A stretch of 64,000 bases of DNA, taken from assembly GCF_964355755.1 (NCBI RefSeq), contig NC_092670.1, positions 20,508,795 to 20,572,794 on the forward strand. Direction: 5' to 3'. Below the pieces are notes generated by a model that did no database searches, had not been told where the DNA came from, and worked only from the letters and a program-made list of their open reading frames with translations. The stretch is from Antedon mediterranea. Taxonomy: Eukaryota; Animalia; Echinodermata. Of the stretch, positions 26,801 to 38,900 are shown piece by piece. A program made the translations under genes and the position numbers. The first letter of the stretch is position 1. Each line of letters opens with the position of its first letter.

Positions 26801-29800
26801 GGTTTTTTTTCACTAATTTGCCTTTGGATTAAGTAAAAATATAGTGAATATAGCTGACAGTATTCCAAGTAAATAGTCATACTTGGACTCACTATGGAGT
26901 TGCCAGGATTCATCTGATTTATCTGTCGCTTCATGCTCTGGGAAAACCATTTCTTTTATTTTGCTATATAAAAAAATGTACAAAAAGCAGCAAAAGCTGA
27001 AAGAATTGTATTTACATGATATAAAAATATATAAAAATGTAAAAGTATAACAAATTTGGGCAGCACACACACAGAAAAAAAATACAATATTATAGCAATA
27101 AAAAAAAAACATAAAAAATGCCATTAAAATTACGGATGATTGTGAGAACCTACATTACACATAATCACGTATTATGAATTACTTACTGATTTTGGTTGAA
27201 ATTTATCTGATGTGTTTATTTTATTACTTTTGTTAATATAACAATTTTTATAATATAAAGGTTTTTAATAATTTTATAACTATATTTTGTGTGGTTGAAT
27301 TTTTTCCCCCTAAATAGTAAAATGTTATACTGCAATATCAACAATTGTTATATTTCAATGCTGTTTGTATAATATTTATTAATAGATTTTACAGTAAGAA
27401 AGATTACATGATTTTTATAGGATTCTTTCCTATTAGATTAGAAGAATTATACACACTTCCATCAGTCACGTATACTCCCTCCAACCTTATCAGACTAAAT
27501 GAAGGTTATTTAAATGATTCTCTATACTGATAGGTTTCGAACCCTAACTTTATTTTTCACAACCTGAAACACAACTAACTAACACATTTTCAATCCATCA
27601 ATAACTAGTTAATTCAAATAATTATTGCATCTTGTAGTAAATTAGACTCATATTTCTTTGTAAACAAATATGACAGCTAATAATATTTTTCTATCAGCCC
27701 ACTAATTCCCTAACATTTTTGTGTACAATACTTGAAAAACAAAACAAAAATTGGACAAATTAACATATTATCACCTTTTTCTCAAACTTTTGTTTAATGT
27801 GATTTATTTTTTTCTCTAGCACTGAGAGCCAAATCTTCAGGGCAAAATTCCAAGGCTGGGATAACGTTCTCGGAGTAGACTACACAAAAAAAGTAGAAGG
27901 AGCTACTCGTCAAATTCGTAAGGTGAGCCGTAGTATGTGTGCTCTTGTTAAGCCAAGATACAGCAGCGGTACATATATAATATTTCTCAACTTGAAACAG
28001 TATATACAATACAATGTTTTGTTAACATAGATTGTGTCTTTTTTTTTTCAGGATGATTCAGAGTTTAAGACAGATCTGTCTGCGCTGTTTATGAACCGAC
28101 AGCCATCAATGACAAATACGGAATGTGTAAGTTGTTTGTATGTAGTAACAATAACGTACCTGAAATACCTAACAGTGAATGTTAATAAATAGATACTATT
28201 CATAATAATTAATTTTTTATTTAGGAACAATTGGCAGATGAGTGGAATGCTGACTTGGATGTCATGGAATCATTTGTTTTGGAGAATAAGAAGTTTGTCC
28301 GTTTGCCTGAGAATGAATTGGGTAATATGTTGTTTTGAATCCTAAAGGCCAACTTTACTGAGAACCTTATTTTGACAACGACGATGTACATATGATTTCA
28401 GAAATATTGTGAGATTTACGATTTTGATGTGCGTGCTTGCTGTACATCTGTGACGTCAAGTGTGCTTAGCAAAATCTACCTCATGAGTAATAATATGGTT
28501 CTTGATATTAAAGTTTCTTTTAATTCCTTGTTCGTTTTCTCATGTTTTAAGTCACTATGAATCTTGCTGCATATAAAGTGTGAGGCAGATATATGTTGAA
28601 TGCACTACTACTCAACAATAACCTTATTTTTGTATTTGTACAGGTCATTTCTACAGTGGTGATTGCTATGTTTTCCTTTGTCGATATTGGGTTCCAAAAG
28701 AAGTTGAGGAGAAACCCGACGTTGAAGGCGGGGACAAAACAGATGATGATGAAGACGAAGAGGACTCGCAGGAGGATGAGATCGCGTACACCGTGTATTT
28801 TTGGCAGGGTAGAGATTCAAGCAACATGGGGTGGCTTACGTTTACGTTCAGCTTACAGAAGAAATTTGAATCACTGTTTGGAGAGAAGCTTGAAGTGGTT
28901 AAGCTGTGCCAGGTAATGCTTACATCCCACTGTGTTTTCATATTATAAACTATTGTTTCGATTGATATATGTAGCGTGATATATATGTTCATTGTCTTCC
29001 AATATCCTGATACCCTGTTAATCAAATCAGGTATATACATATATATGTCGCTATCCAGTCGAGAACTATACCATGAAAGCCCCAGTGGTCTAATGGTTAG
29101 GACATCTGCATATCAAGCAGAAGGTCCGGGTTCGAATCTTGGTTGGGGCGACTTTTTCTCATTCTCACAGATTTCCTCATCTTATTGTTTCAAATTAATT
29201 AATTAAATTTCAGTATATCACCGGGCGGTTTAGAATTAATGTTCTATGCCTAATATGTTTATATATATATATATCATTTACTGTTGACAACCATTTACAT
29301 AATGTACAATAATCCATTCGGCTTACCGTACATATATTGCAATTACCATGGAGAGTGGGGTTTATTAAGCTGATTATTCTTTATTATTAATACTCCTACT
29401 TTTTATTTTCCACTCTCACAATACAATGAGCTTTTTTAGTCGGAATTGGCATGATAAAAGGTTTGATTATTATTGTTAAATTTCAGCAACAAGAGAATCT
29501 AAAGTTCTTATCACACTTCAAATATAAGTTTATCATCCACCGAGGCAAGAGGAAGGCTGTACCAATCAAAGGAGAAGAACTTAACCCCAAGTTCTACCAT
29601 GTTCGAGCAAATGGTGGATCATTGTTCACTCGCTGTGTTCAGGTTCATCCAACGTCTAAATGGCTTAATTCAGAATTTTGGTAAGTACATGATAAGTATA
29701 TCCATAAGTAAGTTACGTACAGCAAACATGTATTACACACACCAGGAGGCACACCATAAGAACACCTGTGTTGAGTTTTCTAGGTGGTGTGGAAGGGTAT

Positions 29801-31392
29801 AATATATCTTTCACTATATATAGTGTATCTATAATATTACATATTTTAATACTTAGAAAACAATAATTTCATTGCAGTTACTGCAGGCATATTCAAATGT
29901 TTACAAGAATTCTGATTTTAAATAATCCTAATACTTTTTTCAGCTATATCCTGATGGTACCTTTTAACAGTGAAGACATGAAGGGAATTGTTTACACATG
30001 GATAGGGGATACGTGTGATGGAGAGGTGTCGCGCATGGCCGAGGAAATGGCCTATGACATGTTTGGTGTTAGTACATTTGATTAATTCAGACTTAAGTTC
30101 TGTCTAATACACTATCAAACTAATTTGACAGAAGAAGTGTAATGTGCCTAAATATGGTAGTGATATACCTAAATATGGTAGTGATATACCTAAATATGGT
30201 AGAAATATGGTAGTGATATGACATCATCATCATATATGGGAACATAACATTTTTTTGTCACATAAAGTTTGATAGTGTAGACAGATAGTAACAAACTATT
30301 GCTGTGTAGAGGCCCACACCAAAGAAAAGAGGGTTAATGAAGAAATACAGTAGAACCTCTGGGACACCTCTATTTATGGGACACCTCTATTTATGGGACA
30401 CCCCAATTAAGGACACACTTTGCCATAAAACAAACAAGGGGAAATATATATTTGAACACTATGACTATTAAGGAATTGGGTCCCCTGAAGGTGTCCCCAT
30501 AATAGACATTTTACTGTATATTAGAGCCCAAACTTTTAAAATGTGAAATTGCTTATTTTTAAAAGAAATATTTTCTACATGTAGGAACATTACAGTCACC
30601 AGCTGTTAACAGAGGGAGAAGAGCCAGAGAATTTCTGGTGGGTTGCCCTCGGTGGCAAGCGACCTTACGACACCGATACTGACTACATGGAGCATGTACG
30701 TCTATTCCGCTGCTCTAATGATAAAGGATTCTTTACTGTATCTGAGAAGTGCTCAGATTTCTGCCAGGTAAATAACTATATTTGACTATTGGCTACCGGC
30801 CATCATTTCATTCATTTATTTGACCAAAAAAACCCAATAAAAACAGGTCAGGAAAAACAAAAGCTACCCAGGACACTGTGACTCAACGAGTAAGTAATTC
30901 CTAATGATATTAATTGTTTATTGATATCAATTTTTTTTTGGTAGGATGATCTTGCAGATGATGATGTTATGATTCTGGATACAGGTCATGAGGTGTACCA
31001 ATGGGTCGGACCACTCTGCAGTGACACAGAAGTTAAACTGGCATTCAAAAGTGCTCAGGTAATGATTAGTACACTATCAAACTTTATGTGAACAAAAATA
31101 TGTTATGTGTCCATATATGGACATGATGATGTAATAATCACTACCATATTTGGGCATATCACTACCATATTTGTTCACATTACTTTTTTTTTTAACATAG
31201 CATGTATAATATGAATATACATATAATGTAAATGGGTTTTTGTTTTAGGTCTACATCCAGCACTTACGGAACAAACAACCTGACGCTCCCCGAAAACTAG
31301 CAGTCATAAAGAAGGGTCGTGAGCCGTGGAAGTTCATCAGATGTTTTCACGGATGGGGTAAATTTAAGACACATGCTGCAAGTAATATATAA
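11879..31392 (+). CDS. FLII: Flightless-I (LRR domain plus six gelsolin-like domains), about 30 coding exons
   Basis: Exon 1 [21 protein letters not shown]; LRR exons; [13 protein letters not shown]; gelsolin exons ([73 protein letters not shown]); ends [19 protein letters not shown] at 31390-31392. Confidence 0.97.
12286..13149. mobile_element. Non-autonomous DNA transposon with TGT...ACA termini and 4-bp TSD (Ginger-like), subterminal TTGCGCAA repeats
   Basis: TIR TGTTATGCGCGATTTGAACGATTTGCGCAA / TTGCGCAAATCGTTCAAATCGCGCATAACA; CATA duplicated at 12282-12285 and 13150-13153. Confidence 0.85.
14086..14603. mobile_element. Tc1/mariner-type MITE (CAGT...ACTG, TA TSD) containing a nested element
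   Basis: TA|CAGTCAAGTCTCCCAATACTGGAC ... GTCCAGTATTGGGAGAGTTCACTG|TA. Confidence 0.8.
14172..14509. mobile_element. PIF/Harbinger-type MITE nested in the Tc1/mariner-type MITE
   Basis: ~50 bp TIR TGCACTTGTCAATTGTATGAC...GGTGCGTCAT, TTA on both sides, internal TGACGCA repeats. Confidence 0.85.
18125..18411 (-). mobile_element. tRNA-derived SINE; second copy 16812-17085 (-)
   Basis: Minus strand: A box TGGCGCAGTG, B box GGTTCRAATCC, central CCTTAGGCAAGACACTT...CTCCACCCAGGTGTATAAAATGGGTACC, tail GCGCTATATAAGAA...(ATT)n. Confidence 0.8.
20550..22244. repeat. 14-bp tandem array (CTAGCCCTTCAWCA)n, about 120 units, in a FLII intron
   Basis: Directly visible; two main unit variants (CATCA/CAACA). 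Confidence 0.99.
26372..26486 (+). other. FLII: Duplicated alternative exon of Flightless-I (paralogue of exon 27820-27922), alternative terminal or cassette exon
   Basis: CAG acceptor with AG at 26370-26371, same phase as the donor after 25740; reads (G)[37 protein letters not shown], homologous to (G)[24 protein letters not shown]. Confidence 0.8.
29079..29150 (+). tRNA. tRNA-like cloverleaf with anticodon ATC (Asp-like); probably a tRNA pseudogene or SINE head
   Basis: GCCCCAG/TTGGGGC acceptor stem, GTCT/GGAC D stem, TCTGC/GCAGA anticodon stem, CCGGG-TTCGAAT-CTTGG T arm, TTTTT at 29153-29157. Confidence 0.55.
30348..30516. mobile_element. Tc1/mariner-type MITE (TA|CAGTAGAACC...ACTG|TA) with GGGACACC subterminal repeats; related ends near 26140-26190, 47855-47901 and 48960-49005
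   Basis: Termini and repeated GGGACAC/GTGTCCCC motifs. Confidence 0.65.
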
Positions 31393-32673
31393 GATAGTGC
31401 TGTTCTGCCATACAGTAAACATTGTGCTGAATTGTAATTTGTTAACATTTAGTACTAAGATGCTACTGTTTGAATGCTTGTGAGTGGCAGTAAACAGAGC
31501 CAGATCACAGTTACTAATTCTGGCTAGTTGTGTTCTTAAATTAAATTTTTTAAATCACACTTCACAGAATAAGTTTGTTAATAATACTGCTTCATTTTTT
31601 AGTTGATTTGCACTCACTCATTCTAACATTGAACTTTTTCAATTGTTTTTGATAAAGACAATCATGTTTAAAATTTAAAAGATAAACTAATTACTAATTA
31701 AGGTCATTTTTACATGTATGATAAATGCGATCTTTCCATTTTGTAAATTTATATCATAAATCTGTTATGTAGTTGTATATGCAATAGAAAGAACAACAGT
31801 TTTGACTTAGAGCTTAGAGATCAGCCTAGCAGGCAAAACATAGGAATTAAGCTAATTTTTCAGCCACAAAGTAGGTTGGCTAACACATAGAAGTATTCAC
31901 CAGACCAGGCTAGACTTACTAAATCGACCCATGCTTCTTTACTAATTGTTTTCCATAAGGTATCATGCCCTTAATTTCATTTTCATTGTACATATTTTAT
32001 ATACTTTCTTTTCCAAAACTTATTTTAACGTGCAATGAAAAATAGTTTATTATAAATTGATAAAGTTATTGTAGTGAACAATTTCTATTTAAAAGCAAAA
32101 TATTAGATGAGCTATTCCCTTATTTTGAAGGGGTGAAATGATGTGAATTTGTGTTTTTGTAAAATGCAAAGCTAATACAGTACATATTTTTGAAGGCATT
32201 TTTGGGGGATAAATGTCTACTTGGACACTATGCTAATTATTTTATTTATTCAGGTAGATTGTTAGATTTAAAGTGGACTTAACAGTAGAGCTGATTAAGA
32301 TTTAACAAATATTGTAGTGTTTAAATGGAACACTATATTTTACATAGAGGATGACTGAAAAATGAAATTTTACATCCTCCGATTTCATGCTATTACATTA
32401 TTTTTTTGTAAGTTTGCAAACTTATTAAAGCTTTTTGAACAATATTTTATTCTGTAATTTTGTTGATAGTCCTTTGGTACACAAACCTCTTTTATTGGGA
32501 CACCTTTTATGAAACAAATGAAGGGAAATAATATACATAACAGCTAATCAATATTCAAGGGATACCCCTTAACAGGGGTTTTACTTGTTTTTACATCTTT
32601 ATTTAAAAAAAAGAAGTGGTCTATTCACTTTTTGTATAAATTATTTATTCAGAAAAGACTATAAAATACATTA

Positions 32674-34998
32674 TTAATTACTGTATACAGGTCGCAAGTT
32701 CACTTTCCAAACATGAAGAGCATTATCATAAAATGAACAGGAAGCAATCATTTCATTTGACCCTTCCCAGCAGGCCTTGTCAGCCATATTTTCTTTAAGG
32801 TCAATCTCAGATATTGATTTCTCATCAACATGTTCATTTTTAGGAGTTTCTTTTGAAGTTGAATCGGCTTCTATATGATGTACACTTGAATCTTGATTTT
32901 GTAATGAAATCTCTGCAACACGATACCAATCCACGCCATAGGCTAAAGATTCGTGTTTTTCATATGAAGCGATGATTGGCTGAGGACATCCATCTGAAAC
33001 AAAAGAAATGTATTGTTGACATACGTTTACTGTAAAGGTTCTAACAATACATTCTGCACTCTTTTAGATATAATTACTGATGGAGACTAGACTTGCCTGA
33101 TAATGAGCAATTCAAGATGTGAAAACCATTATGCATACAGGCAGCAAGTAGTACCTCTCCATTAGTTGGATGCCATTTAAGCCTCCATACTCCGCCTCCT
33201 ACATTTATCTCCGATAGAGGGCTCCTCATCTTTCTTGTATCCCATAATAAGATTGTCTCATCATAGCTATTAAAGAAACAATGCAGTAATTATAATTTGC
33301 AGCAACACACATAATGTGCCACAGTTTTTACTTTGTAAATGCTTCGTTACCAAATAACTGAATATACAGACTTCTGATTGGTCATTTAATTATAATTTAT
33401 TCTTCCTCACCTTCCTGTTGCTATGATATTTTCTTTGTGTATATTGCTATGGATACTACAAACACCCATAGAATGGCTTTTACTGACAAACGTTGGCATT
33501 TCACATGATGTTCGGACATCCCAACCTTTTAGTCGGCAATCATCACCACCTGAAAAGCAAAGATTCATTTTGGCGTTCAACATTCAGATGTTTATCGCAG
33601 ACATGTACTAGATTTATATAACATTTTGAAATTGATTAGAAAAATAGAGATCATTCTATACCTGTATAAATAATACTAGGTTGCCAGTAGTTAAAAGCTG
33701 CTATCCATGCTTCAAAACCATGAGCTTTCCACTGATTGACCTGTGTTAACGATCGGTCAAAGGTCACTTTGAATGTAGTGATCATTCCTTTTGAATCACT
33801 GGTAACAATATGAGGCTCTGAGCTGAATAGTAAAGTTAAATAACACATTTATTTTTCTATTTAACAAGCAATCATTTCTTACTGTATACAAATTGATTGG
33901 ATTGAAAAGTAAAATTGCAAATATCAGAGTTTACATATATTTTAATTGAATAAATTGAATAATGAGATACCCTTCTTTATTTTGTGTTTACTTACTTCTG
34001 ATACTTAGCATTAGACCAATCTAATGACAATCCTAATCTGTCATCTCCAATTAAACTTGAACATAATTCATTAATGACCTGAAAAATTAGTTTGAATCGG
34101 CTATGAATACAGTATATAAAATCACAAAGTTACTTATAATATAAAAAAATACAAAGAATTTGGATACTACGGTACCTTATTGTCTAGTTGAAAGAGCTGT
34201 AATTTGCCATCAGCGTTCACAAGAGCCAACTCAGAAGGTCTGTCTGATGAGTTTGGATTCCTAAATTGAAAATAATTAGGATTAATATATTGATTAAAGC
34301 AAATCCTGCCAGTTACGTAAAAGTAACAGTTTTAACTTGTATTTATATAATTTATATTATAAGAGACAAAGAGTTTATTTATATAATTTATATTATAACT
34401 TAAGAGACAAAGAGTTTGCGCTGCTGCTGCACACATATACATGTGGGGTATTATTAAAATGAACAGAATTGTATTAGGAAGGTTTTTAACTAAATTTTGA
34501 AAATTAACCGTTTTCTTGGTTCCAATATGGGGACAAAGTGTTTAAAATCCGTACTTTTATCACATATCTGTTTGTTGATTTTGGGTATAGTATATTTGTT
34601 ACAACTATGATATATATAACCATTTCATATCCAAAATTGCTGCCATATCTTGTCGCTGCGTTTCTTGTAATTTATTTTCATCACAATGGAATAATAGCAA
34701 CCGTCCAAGTCTCTTCTTTGGTATATCACTGGTAACATCCTGTGGAACAAAAATAATGATATTGTTATTTATTAGTTTTGGCTAAGACTTTTGTTACACA
34801 ATATTTTTGCCATTTGTCAATTGACCATTTACTCACATTTGGATCAACCCCGTCTGAAGTTGCTAGCTGATATGTTCCAATTGCAAGAACATTGTGGTGC
34901 GAAGGTGATGGACAGAATTCTGCAGAGTCTGCACTATACTCTGTGTTAAATATGTGTAAGGTTTCGGGATGTGATGCTGATGTTACTTGTGCAGCCAT
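32674..34998 (-). CDS. DPH7: Diphthine methyltransferase/methylesterase DPH7 (WDR85), multi-exon WD40 protein
   Basis: [12 protein letters not shown]...[84 protein letters not shown]. Confidence 0.93.
32994..33096 (-). other. GC-AG intron in DPH7
   Basis: Minus strand TCA G|GCAAGT...TTTCAG|AT GGA TGT; this donor gives the needed phase 1, while the nearby GT (GTCTAG) is out of frame. Confidence 0.8.
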
Positions 34999-35963
34999 TA
35001 GAACCACAATTTTCTTGTTCTTTTTAAATTTTTTAATGTTATACCTCAGACCTAAACAAAAACAGATATTAAATACGATTAAATCTAGGCCGATCCTGCC
35101 AATCAACTAGTCAAATCCCCAGGTCTAATAAATGTACCATGGTCGTTAGCATCCCTTATATAGTAGGTCCAAGCCTACCTATAGGTCAGCCAGGAGTCGG
35201 CATGGGAAGGCCAGGCCAGCCTACTAATAGCTAGCTTGATCCACACGTGGACTAAAATGAATAGGCCTAGCATAAATAGTTGTGTGTTTGAGTGACTATG
35301 GTAACAACAAAGTAGAAAGCAATACTGCAAATACAACTGATAGTAAGTCCTAAACGTATTAATAACTTTATATACACTTATAACATAAAAGAAAATCTTA
35401 AAAAGTAGACACACGAAGTAAACAAAAGAAGGCAAGAAAATCAAAATAAACAACAGCGCCACCAAGTTCAGTGAAGTATGATGGGATACTCTGCTTAACA
35501 ACGATACACAAAAAAGTTAGCACTATCATATTTCTAAACAAAATTACTTTAAAAAGTACTAACAAGTTTTTATTGAATAAAAATAGCTAATTTTGTTGTA
35601 GCTCTAACTAGAGATCTAAGAGACTAGCCTAATATTCAGGCCTTATATAGTTAGGACTAGGCCTAGGCTTAGCTAGCTAGGCTAGGCCTTATTATATTAT
35701 AGCTAGCTAGGCCTAGGCCGACCGAGTAAATCCACCCCTACAATTCAGGTGGGTGTATGAATGAGTGGACAGGTGGAGTCTGATTGGCCCTCTCTGTCCT
35801 GTCTAGCCCAAGCCTAGTATAGGGGCCTGCCTATCCATTGTACTGTGTGTCTAGAATTGGATACTGTATTATTCATCGAAAAATCAAATGCCTACTTTTA
35901 CTTTTTTCTTACATTATTTATTTAGCAATCTTTAACACAGAGAGAGAGTGTATAAAACAAAAC

Positions 35964-38900
35964 ATGAGTCGTCTGTATGATACAGTTGAGCCGTCAGTGA
36001 TTGAGGAGGATATGTTACAGAAAGCAGTAGAAGAACAAGGACCGAAAGAAGAAGCTGGCAAAATAGCAAAATCTGAAGGGATTGATTTTGGTGACGTTCT
36101 TCAATTAAGACTAGACTTCAAAAGTCAGTTGCAAACATCTTTTTTTTTTCTCTCTCAAAATCACATTATTTATGAATATTTCATCCAAAAAACTCTAATA
36201 ACTTAAATAAATTCGCATCATATATAACATTTCTAAGAGCTTAAATATATAGAATACTGATTGTTTAACAAACATTCAAATGTTTTTCTTTTATAGATAT
36301 TCTTAAAATTGATAATTTGTGGCAGTTTACAAGCCTTGTCAAGTTACAATTAGATAACAACATTATTGAACGAATCGAGGGCCTTGATGCATTGGTCAAT
36401 TTGGTGTGGTTAGGTAAGATATAATACTGATACGCCACCGCTAAAGGCCAACCCAGTAAAATCTCAATATATACAACGATGCCCTACGAATGAAAAGGCC
36501 CGAAAGAAAATTAAACATGGTTAAAAACTACACCCAACACTATCTCAAGACGACTCGTCTCATCGGGATTCAACTCAGCACTGACGAGTCAAGACATTCA
36601 GCAGGCCTCGTCGTATGATGCTGTCTGAGTTGAAATTTAGAAAACTTATATTGAGATTTTACTAGGTTAGCCTTAAAGGTCTTTTTAAAAACTTATTTAA
36701 GTCCATCAGCCATACATCCACTCTATTTAGGTCTTTATGGGACAAAGTTTATTTATAAGTTCGACATTCACTGACCATTAAAAGTTAATTTGTTCTTTTA
36801 AAATCTCTTCTAGATTTGTCATTTAACAATATTGAAATCATCGAAGGGTTATACAAGCTAGGGAAACTTGAGGACCTGACATTATACAACAACAGGATAG
36901 CAGCACTGGAGAACATGGCAAGCCTGACAAACCTACATGTGTTCTCAGTTGGCAACAACAAGCTCTCTAGCCTGGAAAATGTATGTATAATAGATAGATT
37001 TAATTTGATATTATTAATTGTATTAGCTAATGCAGTATGTTATTGGATATTACCTGTATTTGTTTCTACAGTCAAGTCATGTGTTACATATATTTAATTT
37101 TATATGTTATTTCAATTTATTCCATTAAGAAAGTTAACATTAACAAATTCAAATAACTCACTACATTTCATGAGATCAATGTGTAAATTCTGTACATTTT
37201 TATTTCGCAGCTTGTTTACCTGAGAAGGTTTCGAAATCTTCAGACATTAAATCTCAATGGGAATGCCTTTTGCGATGATGATAACTACAAGCCGTTTGTT
37301 GTCGCGCATATTCCATCACTGGTGTATTTAGATTTTAGGCTAATTGATGGCAACACAGTAAGTTTGCATATTTTTGTTTCCTCACACCACACATTACAAC
37401 ATAGCCCACAGTACAAGCTGACAGTACAACCCAATAGTGATGGAAACTTCTTATTTGGAGAATGAGTATTATCCTATGTGTAAACTGTAATTGAAGCTTA
37501 GTTTGTGGCTAGCTGCTTTGGTCATGAGTAATCCAGACCCAAAATGTGTACTCCCATTTCTTCAAGCCCAAGGTACAAGCCTGGTGACAATGTGGGTCAA
37601 GGAATTGGAGCATATCATGCAAGCTGTGTAACTGCTCGCTAACTAATTTTGTTTTTTTTACTAGAGAGAAGCTGCAGTAGAAAAGTATAGATATGCCATT
37701 GAAGAGCTGGTTGCAGATGAGACGGCAGCAGAGCTGAAAGAGAAAGGCAGGAAGCAACAACAAGAAGAATATGCCAGGCAGAAGGTAACCACACTAATGT
37801 AAATAAGCAATAGTCTATGCTACTGCCTAACACTAACAAGGCAGTTCTAGGCCCACAACAATGTCTCTACTTTCACAAGCTGCTGCCAAACATGGCAGGC
37901 TTAGGCCCACAACTCTTTATACCATTCACCCCAATTACTTAAATCTTTTAAAATCATTACTTTTTGTTGCAGGCTGCTTATGTGGAGAATCTGAATGGAC
38001 CTTACCTATTTGACAGTATGTTCACAGACGACCCTGAAGCAGTGAATCTTGCAGCCTTACCAGGAGTTGATGAGTTACTTCTTTCATATCCTTTTAATTA
38101 TCAGTTATAACTTTTTTTAAATGATCCTAATTCAACAGCTACATTATTTGTAATTGCACCTTTGTAAAACTTGATACCCCATGTGGATACTGTAGATGGG
38201 TGCATGAGCAAACATTTAGATTAATTTACTGCAGTAATAGAACTATTAGTATCTTACTTAGTACTTCAGTTTCAAATATGACCCTCTTCAGTGGCGTAAT
38301 GGCTATGAGTGCTCACTGGCTAACAAATGGGCCCATGAGCTTACAGGGGCCCCTGAGCAGAGCCCAGAGAAAATAACAGGCGTTAAAATAGGCCTCCAGT
38401 GTTACAGGACCACTTAGGGGTTCCGAAACAAGGGCCTAGGCCTCTGTGTTACGCCACTGACCCTCTTGTGTTAAATTAACATTGATACCATGGAGCTATA
38501 AAATTAATTTTATAGCTCCATGTTGATACCATAGGTATAGGTGTATCATCCTTAATAAGACTTACATATAAAGAAAAAATGGTGGTGATCTGTCAGCAGG
38601 TGTTTGAGTTCGGTCTAAAGGAGTTTGACAGACGAGAACATGATGTCCAAGAGTTCTACGCTTGCATTCAAGAAGCAAAGGATGAAAACAAAAAAGATGC
38701 CATCAATGAAATAAAGAAGTTTAACCAATACAGAAAGAAGGTACTGCATTATCACTGTTGTCAATCATCATCACTATCATTATCTCCATCATTAATATTG
38801 TAATCATCAATCATACCCACATTACTTTGAGTTTATAACTAAAGCCTTGTCTACACTATCAAATTTTATGTGACAAAAAAAATGTAATGTGATAGTGTCA

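Larger units (their letters stand above)
38086..38565 (+). other. U12-type AT-AC intron 1 of DRC3
   Basis: Donor ATATCCTTT at 38086, branch site TCCTTAAT 38549-38556, AC at 38564-38565; joins LPGVDELLLS|YKEKMVVIC in frame. Confidence 0.93.

Noticed and set aside
35175-35501. 108-aa hydrophobic minus-strand ORF between DPH7 and DRC3
   Set aside because: Compositionally expected from T-rich promoter/5' UTR sequence; no family resemblance
36580-36605. CTGACGAGTC...GAC as a second hammerhead
   Set aside because: The required GAAA does not follow stem II; it lies inside a Harbinger-type MITE
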